Source: Squalus acanthias
Taxonomy: Eukaryota
Direction of reading: 5' to 3'
Length of the DNA: 64,000 nucleotides
Assembly (NCBI GenBank): GCA_030390025.1
Contig: CM059431.1
Coordinates: 104,782,001 to 104,846,000 of the forward strand
Shown: positions 51,449 through 63,509 of the stretch, piece after piece
How positions within the stretch are numbered: the first letter of the stretch is position 1
Layout of the letters: each line of letters starts with the position of its first letter
Program-made: the position numbers and the translations under genes
The notes under the pieces: model-generated
Databases searched by the model: none
Told to the model about the DNA's origin: nothing
The model's input: the letters and a program-made list of their open reading frames with translations, nothing else

Positions 51449-52130
51449 AATGCTTTGCAATCACGGTAAGGAAGAGAAGTCCTTTTGACACAATTTTCAA
51501 GCTGGACATTAAAACCTGCTGAACTGTGGCAAAGCAGCGAAACCAGACGGTGCTAGCAAGAAGGAACAAAGACATCGTGTAGCTAAAGGAGACGTCTGTG
51601 TAAACAATGAGAAATTAGGCCTTGACGAGATAACACAGACCTCAATGGGCCTCTTCAATAAATAATCCTTATCAGAAAGCTTGCCAGCTAGGCGGTTGAG
51701 ATTTGCGTGAGCTATCCAGCCAAACAACTGTTACTGTGGTCTTCACATAATGGAAATTTACTGAAAAGGAGGTCTAAGATCATGCGGGCTTTAATTTTAA
51801 GTTTTAAACAAAAACCGCAATATATTATTGGTTATCATGATCTAAGGCTATCATCGATAGGTCAATGAGGCCTTGGCGATGTAACATCCTGTCCACCATT
51901 GAAAGGGAAAGATATAAAAGAAGCTGTTGAGGTAACTTTGTTACTGCAGTCGGAAGGAGGTGGCCTGGCCCGTCATCTCGCCAATGAGGATCAGGCTGCA
52001 GCCGAGGGGTCGGAAGGTGAGCTACAGTCAACAAGAAACAAACTCGACTGATCGTCAGAAGGAGAGAGCTGCAATCAACAGGAGCTGGTCACTTCGGGGT
52101 GATTGTATGACCATTTACTTAGAACGTATT

Positions 52131-53906
52131 TGGACATTGTATTGCTAGAGCATCTTTATTGCTAAGAGTAGAGTAAGAAGGGCATTGTATTGCCAGGTAG
52201 AGTAAGAAGGGCAATGTATTACCAGGTAGAATAAGAAGGACATTGTATTGCCAGGTAGAATAAGAAGGGCATTGTATTGCCAGGTAGAGTAAGAAGAGCA
52301 TTGTATTGCCAGGTAGAATAAGAAGGACATTGTATTGCCAGGTAGGCTAAGAAGGGCATTGTATTGCCAAGTAGGCTAAGAACGGCATTGTATTGCCAAG
52401 TAGGCTGAGAAGGGCATTGTATTGCCAGGTAGGCTGAGAAGGGCATTGTATTGCCAGGTAGGCTGAGAAGGGCATTGTAATGCCAAGTAGGCTGAGAAGG
52501 GCACTGTATTGCCAGGTAGGCTAAGAAGGGCATTGTATTGCCAGTTAGAGTAAGAAGGGCATTGTATTGCCAGGTAGAATAAGAAGGACATTGTATTGCC
52601 AGGTAGGCTAAGAAGGGCATTGTATTGCCAGGTAGGCTGAGAAGGGCATTGTATTGCCAGGTAGGCTAAGAAGGGCATTGTATTGCCAGGTAGGCTGAGA
52701 AGGGCATTGTATTACCAGGTAGAGTAAGAAGGGCATTGTATTGCCAGGTAGAATAAGAAGGGCATTGTATTGCCAGGTAGGCTAAGAAGGGCATTGTATT
52801 GCCAAGTAGGCTGAGAAGGGCATTGTATTGCCAAGTAGGCTGAGAAGGGCATTGTATTGCCAAGTAGGCTGAGAAGGACATTGTATTGCCAAGTAGGCTA
52901 AGAAGTGCATTGTATTGCCAGGTAGGCTAAGAAGGGCATTGTATTGCCAAGTAGGCTAAGAAGTGCATTGTATTGCCAAGTAGGCTAAGAAGGGCATTGT
53001 ATTGCCAAGTAGGCTAAGAAGTGCATTGTATTGCCAAGTAGGCTGAGAAGGGCATTGTATTGCCAAGTAGGCTGAGAAGGGCATTGTATTGTCAGGTAGG
53101 CTGAGAAGGGCATTGTATTGCCAGGTAGGCTAAGAAGGGCATTGTATTGCCAGGTAGGCTAAGAAGGGCATTGTATTGCCAGGTAGGCTAAGAAGGGCAT
53201 TGTATTGCCAGGTAGAGTAAGAAGGGCATTGTATTGCCAGGTAGGCTAAGAAGGACATTGTATTGCCAGGTAGGCTAAGAAGGGCATTGTATTGCCAGGT
53301 AGAGTAAGAAGGGCATTGTATTGCCAGGTAGAGTAAGAAGGGCATTGTATTGCCAGGTAGAGTAAGAAGGGCATTGTATTGCCAGGTAGAGTAAGAAGGG
53401 CATTGTATTGCCAGGTAGAGTAAGAAGGGCATTGTATTGCCAGGTAGAATAAGAAGAGCATTGTATTGCCAGGTAGGCTAAGAAGGGCATTGTATTGCCA
53501 GGTAGAATAAGAAGGGCATTGTATTTCCAGGTAGGCTACGAAGGGCATTATATTGCCAGGTAGGGTAACAAGGGCATTGTATTGCCAGGTAGAGTAAGAA
53601 GGGCATTGTATTGCCAGGTAGAATAAGAAGGACATTGTATTGCCAGGTAGGCTAAGAAGGGCATTGTATTGCCAGGTAGGCTAAGAAGGGCATTGTATTG
53701 CCAAGTAGGCTAAAAAGGGCATTGTATTGCCAAGTAGGCTGAGAAGGGCATTGTATTGCCAGGTAGGCTGAGAAGGGCATTGTATTGCCAGGTAGGCTAA
53801 GAAGGACATTGTATTGCCAGGTAGGCTGAGAAGGGCATTGTATTGCCAGGTAGGCTGAGAAGGGCATTGTATTGCCAAGTAGGCTAAGAAGGGCGTTGTA
53901 TTGCCA
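52131..53906. repeat. 29-bp minisatellite, about 60 units
   Basis: Unit AAGAAGGGCATTGTATTGCCAGGTAGGCT with recurrent variants (AGGCT/AGAGT/AGAAT, CAGG/CAAG, TAAG/TGAG). Confidence 0.97.
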
Positions 53907-54289
53907 TTTAAATCTATAAGCATTTTAGTTTTATTTTCTCTCTTCTTTTCCTTTAATGAACAACTTGACATGAATCTTGTCATTCATGTGGAAATGACTT
54001 ATGAAATAATACTGGGCGGCCTGCTGGTGGCGCTGTCCAGGGAGAGTATAAATACTCGGGCATGGGCCCAGCTTGCTCAGGACATTCTTTAACAGGAACT
54101 AGAAAAGGACATAACTAGACCTCTATGTTGAAAAACAGTTGATTAAAGCTTTGTTTAACACTTAGACCAAGTGCCTAGTAGTTTTCTTACATCAGACCTT
54201 ATTCAACTTAAGAGTTTTTGGGTGATTCATTAATTATTTCAGTTGTAATTCACGGGTCAAAACGAACTACAAGCCTGAGAATAGGACAG

Positions 54290-54547
54290 CGAGGCTTACA
54301 TCACTAAAGTACTTTTGAAGCGGAGTCACTATTGTAATTTCTGCAAATGTGGCAGCCAATTTTTTTCATTGGTGTCTTTTTGAGGGCTAAATGTTGGGGC
54401 CAGGGCCCCAGAAGATTCCCCTGTTGCTCTTCGAACACTGCACTGAAATGTCAGCCTAGCTTAAGTGCTCAACGCTCTGGAGTGAGACGCGAACCCGTGA
54501 CGTCCTGATGCTGGGGTGATGGTGCGGCTGCTGGACCAAGGCTGACA
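54290..54547 (-). mobile_element. Decayed SINE
   Basis: AAGTACTTTTGAAG..GTCACT..GCAGCCAAT..GTCAGCCTAG..GGCTGACA. Confidence 0.65.
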
Positions 54548-55669
54548 TCCAGATTTTGCGTTCACGGGGTGCTCAAAGCAACTGAGAATTGAAACTCTGA
54601 ACACAAGACTGGGTGTGGCGAATACTCTGCAATATCCTGCAACCACAGCCTTGCTGTGAAACAGCTGTAAACTCGCACGAAAAGCCCACCTACAGCCGCA
54701 GTGTAAATGAGGCTTAGGTGAAGGGGACTAATTACATTTAAACTGTTTTACCTCATTTGTAGTTTCAGTAGAATATACCAATTGTTTTTAACACATTTAT
54801 ATGGTAATGCAAACGCATTGTTTTATCCACTAGACTGTGAATAATTTAAATTCTATTAGAAATAATTTCATGAAGTAACATGTACTTTCGAGTTGTCCAA
54901 TTATTTCGAAGGGGGAATCACTAATTTGTAAAAAAGGAGTTCGCTTACATAATTTGCCACTGCAATTATGATTGCTGAATCATAACATAAATATATGATG
55001 TAGAAGGGTGTTCGCTGTACCCATGTTAATACCTAGCGCTATCGCCTTTATGATGGGAAAGTGCTGGAATTGTTCCCTTGGATTTAATGAACTGCACCTC
55101 ACATGAATTTAGTTAGAAATCGTTTGAAGTGTTTCTGGATTTACTGAACAAACAAGAACTATTACTCAAACATATCAAACATTTTCAGTATCTGTAATTG
55201 TTATGGTTAAGGCTTCCTCCCGACACTTTTAATTTGTGTCCACAGCAAAAAGGCAGTGATCAAGCAGACTGAATATCTTCCGTACCAAGATCTGCATCTT
55301 TAAAACAGGCTGTGGGTGGGATAGCCTACCGTGGGACTAACAGTTGCCACTCAGGTATGCTTTAATACACTTGAAATAACATAGGAGGCCTACCATAGTC
55401 TCCTGACTGCTGCAAAAAAAAAACATATGGCTGCGCATAGTCACGGTCAGAATAGAGATGATTGCGTAATTCCCCCTTCAGTCATGCCTGGAGACTGCGC
55501 TGCTGTAAGTGCCTGGGATTGATTTTATGCACATAATTTGCATTTTGTAACTATCTGCATTTTGCTGGAGAAATAATCCTGCTTTTATCGGGAGACTTTG
55601 CTGTAGTTTTGGTCATGAGTTTTGTTTGCTGTGGTTGGTAGAGGCAGATACTGTTTGCTGAATAAATAG

Positions 55670-56222
55670 CTGGAATACTGTGTGCAGTTGTGGTCGCCAC
55701 ACTATAGGAAGGATGTGATTGCATTGGAGAGGGTGCAGAGGAGATTCACCAGGATGTTACCTGGGCTGGAGCGCTTCAGCTATGAAGAGAGACTGGACAG
55801 GCTGGGGTTGTTTTCCTTAGAGCAGAGAAGGCTAAGGGAGGACCTGATTGAGGTGTACAAAATTATGAGGGGCATAGATAGGGTAGATAGAAAGGAACTT
55901 TTCCCCTTAGTAGAGGGGTCAATAACCAGGGGGCATAGTTTCAAGGTAAGGGGCAGGAGGTTTAGAGGGGATTTGAGGAAAAACTTTTTCACCCAGAGGG
56001 TGGTTGGAATCTGGAACTCACTGCCTGAAAGGGTGGTAGAGGCAGGAACCCTCACAACATTCAAGAAGCATTTAGATGAGCACTTGAAACGCCATAGCAA
56101 ACAAGGCTATGGACCAAGTGCTGGAAAATGGGATTAGAATAGACAGGGCTTGATGGCTGGCGCGGACACGATGGGCCATAGGGCCTCTTTCTGTGCTGTA
56201 TAACTCTATGACTCTATGATTC
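55670..56222 (+). mobile_element. CR1 LINE 3' end
   Basis: ORF 55682-56137 QLWSPHYRKDVIALERVQRRFTRMLPGL; tail (ACTCTATG)n. Confidence 0.95.
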
Positions 56223-56429
56223 TGTTTGCTGTAAATCCTGCCGTAAGTCCCGCCCCATCTCCAACTCATTGGGTGACATAGTAGCACCAATACTCACTCC
56301 AAAAACATAAATATCACGGTGTTAGACCGCTGCATTCAGTCTGAAACTTAAGGATTTATTTACAAATAAGATCATTACACAGAATCGGAATGACACAATA
56401 AGTAGCTAATAATATATTTGTTCATTTTA

Positions 56430-57030
56430 TTCGTTCAGTCCGCAAGCGTGACCCCGAGCTTCCGGTCGCCTGTCACATTAATTCTCCGCTCCACTTCCAC
56501 TCTGATCTCTCCGTCCTCAGCCTCTTACACTGTTCCAATGAAGCTCAATGTATGCTTGAGGAACAGCACCTCATCTTTTGATTAGGAACTTTACAGCCTT
56601 CTGGACTTAACACCGAGTTCAACAATTTCAGACTGTAACATCGGCCCCAATATTTTTTTTTCCCTTTGTTTTCTCACATGGCAGCTGTTGATGATTCTGC
56701 CATCGCCATTCACACCTCATCTACAGTCATCTTTTGTTTCTTAACTTGTCCCATTACCTCTCTTTTTGCCTTGCGCCATCATCCCTTTTGTCAGTCAATC
56801 TCTCCTGCCTTCCAGCCTATCACAGACCTTCCCTTTGTTCTTTCCTCCCCTCCTCCCTGCCCCTGCTTAAAAATCTCTCTTCCCTAACCTTTTCCAGTTC
56901 TGACAAAGGGTCATCGATCTGAACTGTTAACTCTGTTTCTCTCTCCTTGATGCTGCCTGACCTGCTGAGTGTTTCCAGCATCTTCTGTTGTTATTTCAGA
57001 TTTCCAGCATCCGCAGTATTTTGCTATTGT
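56430..57030 (+). mobile_element. Penelope-like element 3' end: GIY-YIG C-terminus plus pLTR with degenerate hammerhead (56896-56932)
   Basis: RSVRKRDPELPVACHINS...EEQHLIF*LGTLQPSGLNTEFNNFR, followed by AGTT-CTGACAA-AGGGTCATCGATCT-GAAC-TGTT-AACT. Confidence 0.88.
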
Positions 57031-57491
57031 AATAATCTATCACTTGACTTACACAACACATAAGTTGTTTCCAAGCAAGAAAAGAAAATCCTTTAGCTCT
57101 TTTCAACAGCTTTTGGCTGAGTTTCTGACGGGCATTACATGGGACCTGACTCAAATAAAACCCCTTTTAAATTACTTTATGTGGTATAAGCAATGAACTG
57201 AAAACCACAGGACAGACCTATTTGTTCCACTTACATTGATACAAAGGCAGAAACCCTCATTGAGTTTGCTATCGATATGTGTCGGTTATTAAAACCACAT
57301 CTTGTCCAGTTCTCCCATGCCTGTCAAGGCTTTTAAACACTGTTAAACCTGAACACCTCTTAGAACAAAGCTCAACCATTTAAGATTAATGAGATCGTCC
57401 CGAAACTTGCAGACTTTAGCGCTTGGCAACAATTTAAACCATTACTATGTTTGATTGGCTTGAGTTGGAGTGTACACACAAAATATCCATT

Positions 57492-57900
57492 GGCCTAGAA
57501 ATTGGGCCATGTAGCACCTGTTTTTTCAGGTGCTAAGCGGCCTACTAAGGCCCCAAACAGGCGGTCCAGAAGCAGGCGCGCTCTTCCAGCCGGAATTGGG
57601 CCGGCCGCCATTTTAGGTAAGGAGATTCAAGAGGCGTCCTTTTCCCACGCCGGAAACAGGCATTAGGACCTTTGCATATGCAAATAAGGAGCCTAACACC
57701 TGCTTGAGGTCCCCACGGTAAGACTGGTTTGCCCTGAGGCAGCCAGCGTCATCGCAGGCTGAACTCAGGGAAACCAGCCCTAGGGAACATCTGTCAACCA
57801 AGAGAATAAGTAACTTACCCGAATGTGGAGCCAGGAAGAGCAGGACTGTTCCTCCCGATCGCACATTGAAGGAGCCAATCACAGACTCACTGAAATAGCT
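57492..57900. mobile_element. Left end of a Harbinger-type MITE
   Basis: Starts GGCCTAGAAATTGGG, like the 11672 element TIR; GC-rich; no matching right end found. Confidence 0.55.
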
Positions 57901-58031
57901 GAATCCCAGAAGTCCAGATAGGGGGCTTGATCATTTCTGACTACGGTGCTGGCAACTTTGCCTGGCCAACTTTCAGGAGGACGAGGGAAGGAAGAAAGGC
58001 AGGATGAGTAGTGGTATTAATTAGACACAAT

Positions 58032-58397
58032 GGGCCGGATTTTCCAATTGGAGGCTCCTTGCGGGCAGATGCCTCCAATCGGAAAAAAAACTACGCACTT
58101 ACCTGCTGTCTCCGTAGGTCCCGAGGTTTGCGATCCTGGGCCTCTCCGGGTCCGCGTGCACAGAGGCCCAGGTATCCCAGGGGCGCAGGCGGTTCGCAAG
58201 CATCCCTGGGATCACGTGGGCCATGGGGAACCAATCAAAGAAGTGAATCCCCCTTCACACTTTTGACAGGTCTCTACGCACGGATCTGTCAAAAGTATGA
58301 ATGGGGATCACTTAAAAAACACAGTTAAACATTAAATAATTTTTTTTTTAAATCACGTATTTAAAATTAGTTAAAATTACATTACATTAAATATTTT
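58032..58397 (+). mobile_element. MITE family C, left half
   Basis: Collinear with 34194-34545 (CCCTGGGATCACGTGGGCCATGGGGA.CCAATCAAAGAAG). Confidence 0.85.
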
Positions 58398-58814
58398 ATG
58401 TCAGTGAAGCTGCTGCCCTGAAGAGCCTGCTTCTGATAGGCTTTTTCATGGCACATCAAGGGGCCCTGGGCCCAGGTTCGAAGTCTCCTCGTGCTGGCAC
58501 TGGAAGAGGGACCTCAGGAAGTCAGCTCATTGTCACTCTCGTGATAGACAGCTCCGTGCAGCAATGAGTTCAGATGTGCCACTGATCAGTGTGAGAACAG
58601 ACCAAAGAGTCCCAATGAAAGATGTGTGAAATTGCTGTGTTAAGACCGATTGGTAGGGAAAAGGAGATGAGGAGGCTGAGAAATGTCCTTGATATTTGGT
58701 ATTGTGCCAGAAAACCCACCCTTCTTTCTATGGCAAGGCCCCTAAACTCCACACAGGACTTAGCTTTGGCCTAACCAATGCCTTTTGAAGGTAAACCATT
58801 AGCTCCTTGCTGTA

Positions 58815-59235
58815 GGAACAGAGGAACAGGAGTAAGCCATTCAGCCCACTCGAACCTGCTCCGACATTCAATGAGATCATGGATAATCTGTACCTGAACT
58901 CCATCTTAACAGCCTTAGGAACATAGGAACAGGAGTAGGCCATTCAGCTCCTCAAGACTGTTCTGCCGCCATTCAATGAGATCATGGCTGATCTGCGACC
59001 TAAGTCCACATACCTGCCTTTGGCCCATATCCCTTAATATCCTTGGTTAACAAAAAGCTATCAATCTCCGATTTAAAATTAACAATTGATCTAGCATCAA
59101 TTGCCATTTGCAGTAGAGAGTTCCAATCTTCTACCACCGCCTTGGTTCCCTATCCCTTGATACCTTTCCCTAACAAAAATCTATCAATCTCAGTTTTGAA
59201 ATTTTCAATTGACCCTCGGCATCAACAGCTTTTTT
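58815..59235 (-). mobile_element. Stacked CR1 3' tails
   Basis: Repeated GGAACAGGAGTA.GCCATTCAGC tails and RT C-terminal pieces. Confidence 0.75.
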
Positions 59236-59360
59236 AGTATTCAGCACCCCTGTATATAAAACTCAGAATACGATTCGTCCTTCATATATTTTTTTCCCCA
59301 CCTGCAATACTGCTTTTAAAGACCTCCTATGGCTTTGCCCAAGAAAATCCAAGATAAATT

Positions 59361-60145
59361 GGCCCGGAAATTATAGTCCTGATGACGGCGAACTGGCAGC
59401 GTTCGACATCATTCCGCCTTTGAAACTGACCGCAAATTCAGGATTTAGCGCCTGCGCAGCCTAACGCTGAAATCCTGAAGTTGCGGTCAGTCATTCACTG
59501 CTCCGACACTGGCTCTGCTGTGCCCCCCCCCCACAAGCCCCCCACAGAGCCGGCAATCAGTGAAATCTCTCAAATCATGGAATCGGACAAAAACTTCGCC
59601 ACTTCCCCGGTAATACTGCTGTTAAATATCCCATTACAAGTTAGGCCCTTTTGGATTAGGTGTAACTGGGGTTTTAACAGCGTATTGACTGCTAAACAAA
59701 CGTTCTGGCCCCGAAAAACTAATTTTGATTTTGTGGAGTGTCAAATTTATCCATTTTAATAAAAACTAAAATTTTTAAGAAAATTAAAAAAATATATATT
59801 TTTTAAAGTTTGTTCATCTTTATTTCAGGTTTGCCTTTTCCCCATGGGAGAGCTCCAATCTTCGTTTTGCACCCACTAACATTTTAAATAAATTAGAATC
59901 AAAGGAGCTTACCCACTTCCTGGTTCGCTGTCTGTGAGAAGTCTGCCCTGCGATTGGCTGCTTAGACAGCTTGGTGACGTCACAGCAGCTCGCGTTAGGG
60001 ATTCCCCATTAACTTGCGTTGATTTCAATTACGTGTCAGAAAAGCTGAACCTCTCGCCACAGAAATTGCGAGATCTTTGTAGGAAGCTTACTTCGGAGTC
60101 AACGGCGAACATCTTTGCTTTGCCGCTGACTGCAAATTATGGGCC
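59361..60145 (+). mobile_element. Harbinger-type MITE family D, complete
   Basis: TIRs GGCCCGGAAATT / AAATTATGGGCC; perfect TSD ATT; hairpin 59425-59491. Confidence 0.9.
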
Positions 60146-60379
60146 ATTATTTTTTCTCAGAGCTGTTGGCATAGGTGAGGGGACCTACAGTTTCCACAGT
60201 TTATGAAGCTCCATCTAGAGGTAGAAGCGCACAAATACGGGTATTTTTAATTCGTTCATGGGATGCGGGCGTCACTGGGTAAGCCAGCATTTATTGCCCA
60301 ACCCTAATTGCCCTTGAGAAGGTGTTACAGGGTGTCAGAGTGGCGATGCCCAAATAAGGAGGAAATGACATGCATAACA

Positions 60380-61355
60380 TATTTAATATATTCTAGATGC
60401 ACCCTGGACTCCTTTGTTCCTCCATCTTATTGAGAATTTACCATTTGGAATATGTTTGCATTCTCGATTCTTTTTTCTCAAAATGCAGTACTTGATATTC
60501 ATTTACTTTGAGCTAAATTTATCACAAATCTGTCAACTCTACTACCCTATATTCCACTCCCGTGGACTCTTGCATTCTTCCACATGGTTTGTTATGCCCC
60601 ATAATTTGGTATTGTCAACAAATGTTAATATCATTCTCTCTATGCCCATATCTTAATTTAGGTTAACTCCTTGTTTTCTAATCCCTCCACGGCCTCGCCA
60701 CTCCCTATCTCTGTAACCTCCTCCAGCCCTGCAACCCTCCGAGATCTCTGCGCTCCTCCAATTCTGGCCTCATGCGAATCCCCGATTTTCATCGCTCCAC
60801 CATTGGAGGCCGTGCCTTCTGTTGCCTAGGCCCTAAGCTTTGGAATTCTCTCCCTAAGCCTCTTCGCCTCTTAACTCCCTCTCCTCTTTTAAGATGCTCC
60901 GTAAAACCTACCTAGTCACCTGTCCTAATATCTCCTTATGTGGCTCGGTGTCAAATTTTGTTTGATAATTGTTCCTATGCAGCGCCATGGGTTGTTTTAC
61001 TATGTCAAAGGCGTGACATAAAGATAAGTTGATTTTGTTGTTGTATGGTGAACATGGAAATTCCCAAACTACATCCCTGGGGAATGTTATTAGCTACAAC
61101 TTGCCAAGTCAAGAAATGTCCATTAACTCTATTTTCCATCCTTCAGCCAACACTCTATTTATGCCATAATTTTACCTTTATTTTCATGGAGCTTAATCTA
61201 CCCAACAAGTCTCTTGTATGATGCCTCATCAAATGTCCTTTGAAAATCCATTTATATCACACTCATTGCATCCTCTTTATATTTATACTCAATAATTTCC
61301 TCAAAAAAAAATTGGTCAAGTACAACCTGCCTTTTACAATCCAAAATATATATGC
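60380..61355 (-). mobile_element. Old CR1 RT remnant interrupted by an L2 3' end (~60680-61045, plus strand)
   Basis: Minus VKGRLYLTNFF...MDFQRTFD-like RT motifs; L2 tail in the middle. Confidence 0.65.
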
Positions 61356-61636
61356 ATGTAAATCATAGAAGCATAGAAATTTATGGCACAGAAGGAGGCC
61401 ATTTGGCCCATCGTGTCTGTGCCGTAAATACATGAACTGTAACAGAACCCTCTTCATTTAAATCATTTTGTTTCCTTCTGACACCCAAAATCATTTCAGG
61501 TCAGATTCAGCATCAAACACCGGCAGTCGCCCAAATAAAGGCGTCTATTTGAGGGAGAGAAGCTCAAACTGATGACTGTTTCTTTGGGGAATCAAGAATT
61601 CAACCACTGGAGCTATAAGCTCATCTTGTGAGTACC

Positions 61637-62320
61637 GGGCCAACACGTGTGATTGGAGGCTTCCCGCGGGCGGACGCCTCCGACCTGCAAAATGTCTACG
61701 GAAGTACCTGGTCTCCCGGGGGATGCAGAGGCTGGCGATCCTGGGTCTCTCCGGGTTCGCGCGGGCAGAACCACGCGTATTCCAGGGGCGCCGGTGGTTC
61801 GTAGGCACTCCTGGGATCACGTAGGTCGGCCGAACCAATAAAAGAAGGGAATCCCCATTCATACTTTTGACAGTTCTGTATGTACGGAAACCCCATAAGT
61901 ATGAATGGGGATCACTTAAAAAATACACCAACACATGAAATAATTTTTTTTTTATTACATATTTAAATTTAATTAAAATGTCATTTAATTTAATATTTTA
62001 AACAAAAATTTAATTTAAAAAGAATTAAATGTTTTTATGGGGCTAAAAATAAACTTACCTTTTTGAAGAGTATTTTAAATTTATCAGGAGTAAGAATTTC
62101 ACAGGCATTCAGTGGGCGGAAGTTGGGCAAATAGCGTAACTCTCCACCCGCAGAGGCCCTTCTCCCACGGATGCGGAGGATCTGTCAAGCAGCTTCTTGA
62201 CAGATCGCAAGTGCTGGGTTTCAGCGCATGCCCTTCGCATGCCTAAACCCGGAACTTGCGCGGCCCTTACGGGTGCGTGCGCACCTCGTATGCACCCGTG
62301 GGGGTCGCAAAATACTGCCC
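61637..62320 (+). mobile_element. MITE family C, copy 3
   Basis: Collinear with 34194-34945; right end GCAAAATACTGCCC. Confidence 0.85.
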
Positions 62321-62692
62321 AATGTGTTTCAGAAGCAGCATGAATTTGTAATAAGCTATTTGCTCTAGGATCTGACAATTAAACTAAGCACAGCGTCAAC
62401 AGATGACAGGTGAGAAATGAAATGTGTCCCTGCCAAGATTAGGAGATGCATTTTAAGATGTTAGGTCAGTCAGTGGCTGTAAGGCAAATATGTATTTTAA
62501 GTATCATATTAAATCTTTATTACTGTACAGTAAAATGTGCGTTTTTGAAAAGTGAGACATGTTTTCATTATCCTTATCTTAAAGCATTTTTTTCTTCTCG
62601 CTGATCAGTCTGATCTGTCAGTTATTGGTAACTGGGCAGTCAGCCAGCTGACTGCGATGGTGGACGGCCATAGTTGTGCTGAGAAACATTTC

Positions 62693-63509
62693 GGGCTGGA
62701 TTTTGTCAATGGGGACGTGATGGAGGCGGGACTCCCACTTTTTGGGTTGTAGTCCCGCCTCCATCGATTTGTGGCCAACCCACGCTACTTTCCCTTGATT
62801 GACCTTGTTAAGCCCGCCCAGCGGGCTCAGCAGGCCAATTAAGGGACACCTGGATACTGGTGACGTCAGCGATTGACATTTCATCTGTCAAGAGCTTTTG
62901 ATCTGTGAAGCTGTCAAACACTGACAATTTGTCTTCTAACTTGAGTCCTTCTACTCAGACTCAGTTAGAGAGCTTTCCAGACCAGAAAGCAGAGGCTGCA
63001 GCTTTTGACAGCTCAGCGGCCATTCTGCTTTCTGTGCCGGTGAGCTGAGGGACTCCCGAGAACTGAAGGGAGGAAGCCTGGAGGAGAAAGTAAAGGTAAG
63101 TAAAACTTATTAAAACACTTTACACACACCAAACACACTTACCTCTGCACTCATGCTCCCATCACCCACCTGTACACCAGACATCTCGACCCCTCCAAGT
63201 CCTGCAGACCGACGGTCCGCCTCGCTAACTTGGCGTGGTTTGGAGCCGTCGGGCAGCCCACACTTCAGGGCTAAAAATAGGGATTAGCCAAAAAACTGCC
63301 TGTTAACTACCTGTTAACAGGCAGTTAATCGGCACTAATCCCCTTCCCGCCTCGGGAGGCGGCTCCCAGCACAGGTCGGGTACCCGCCTCCTGGGACATT
63401 GGCATGGAGGCGGGTTGGGGGCGGGATGGGTATGTGCCCCACGAATCTGCAATTTTCCCACCATTCCCGCCTCCAAACCCGCCTCCACGGGGCTTGGAAA
63501 ATCGAGCCC
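62693..63509. mobile_element. Harbinger-type MITE family A, copy 2
   Basis: TIRs GGGCTGGATTTT / AAAATCGAGCCC; perfect TSD TTC; reverse-homologous to 678-1521. Confidence 0.9.

Noticed and set aside
52119..53983. ORFs with repeating MPFLAYLAIQCPSQPTWQYNALL peptides, and a CRISPR-like look
   Set aside because: Translation artefacts of the 29-bp tandem unit; there are no unique spacers and no cas genes.
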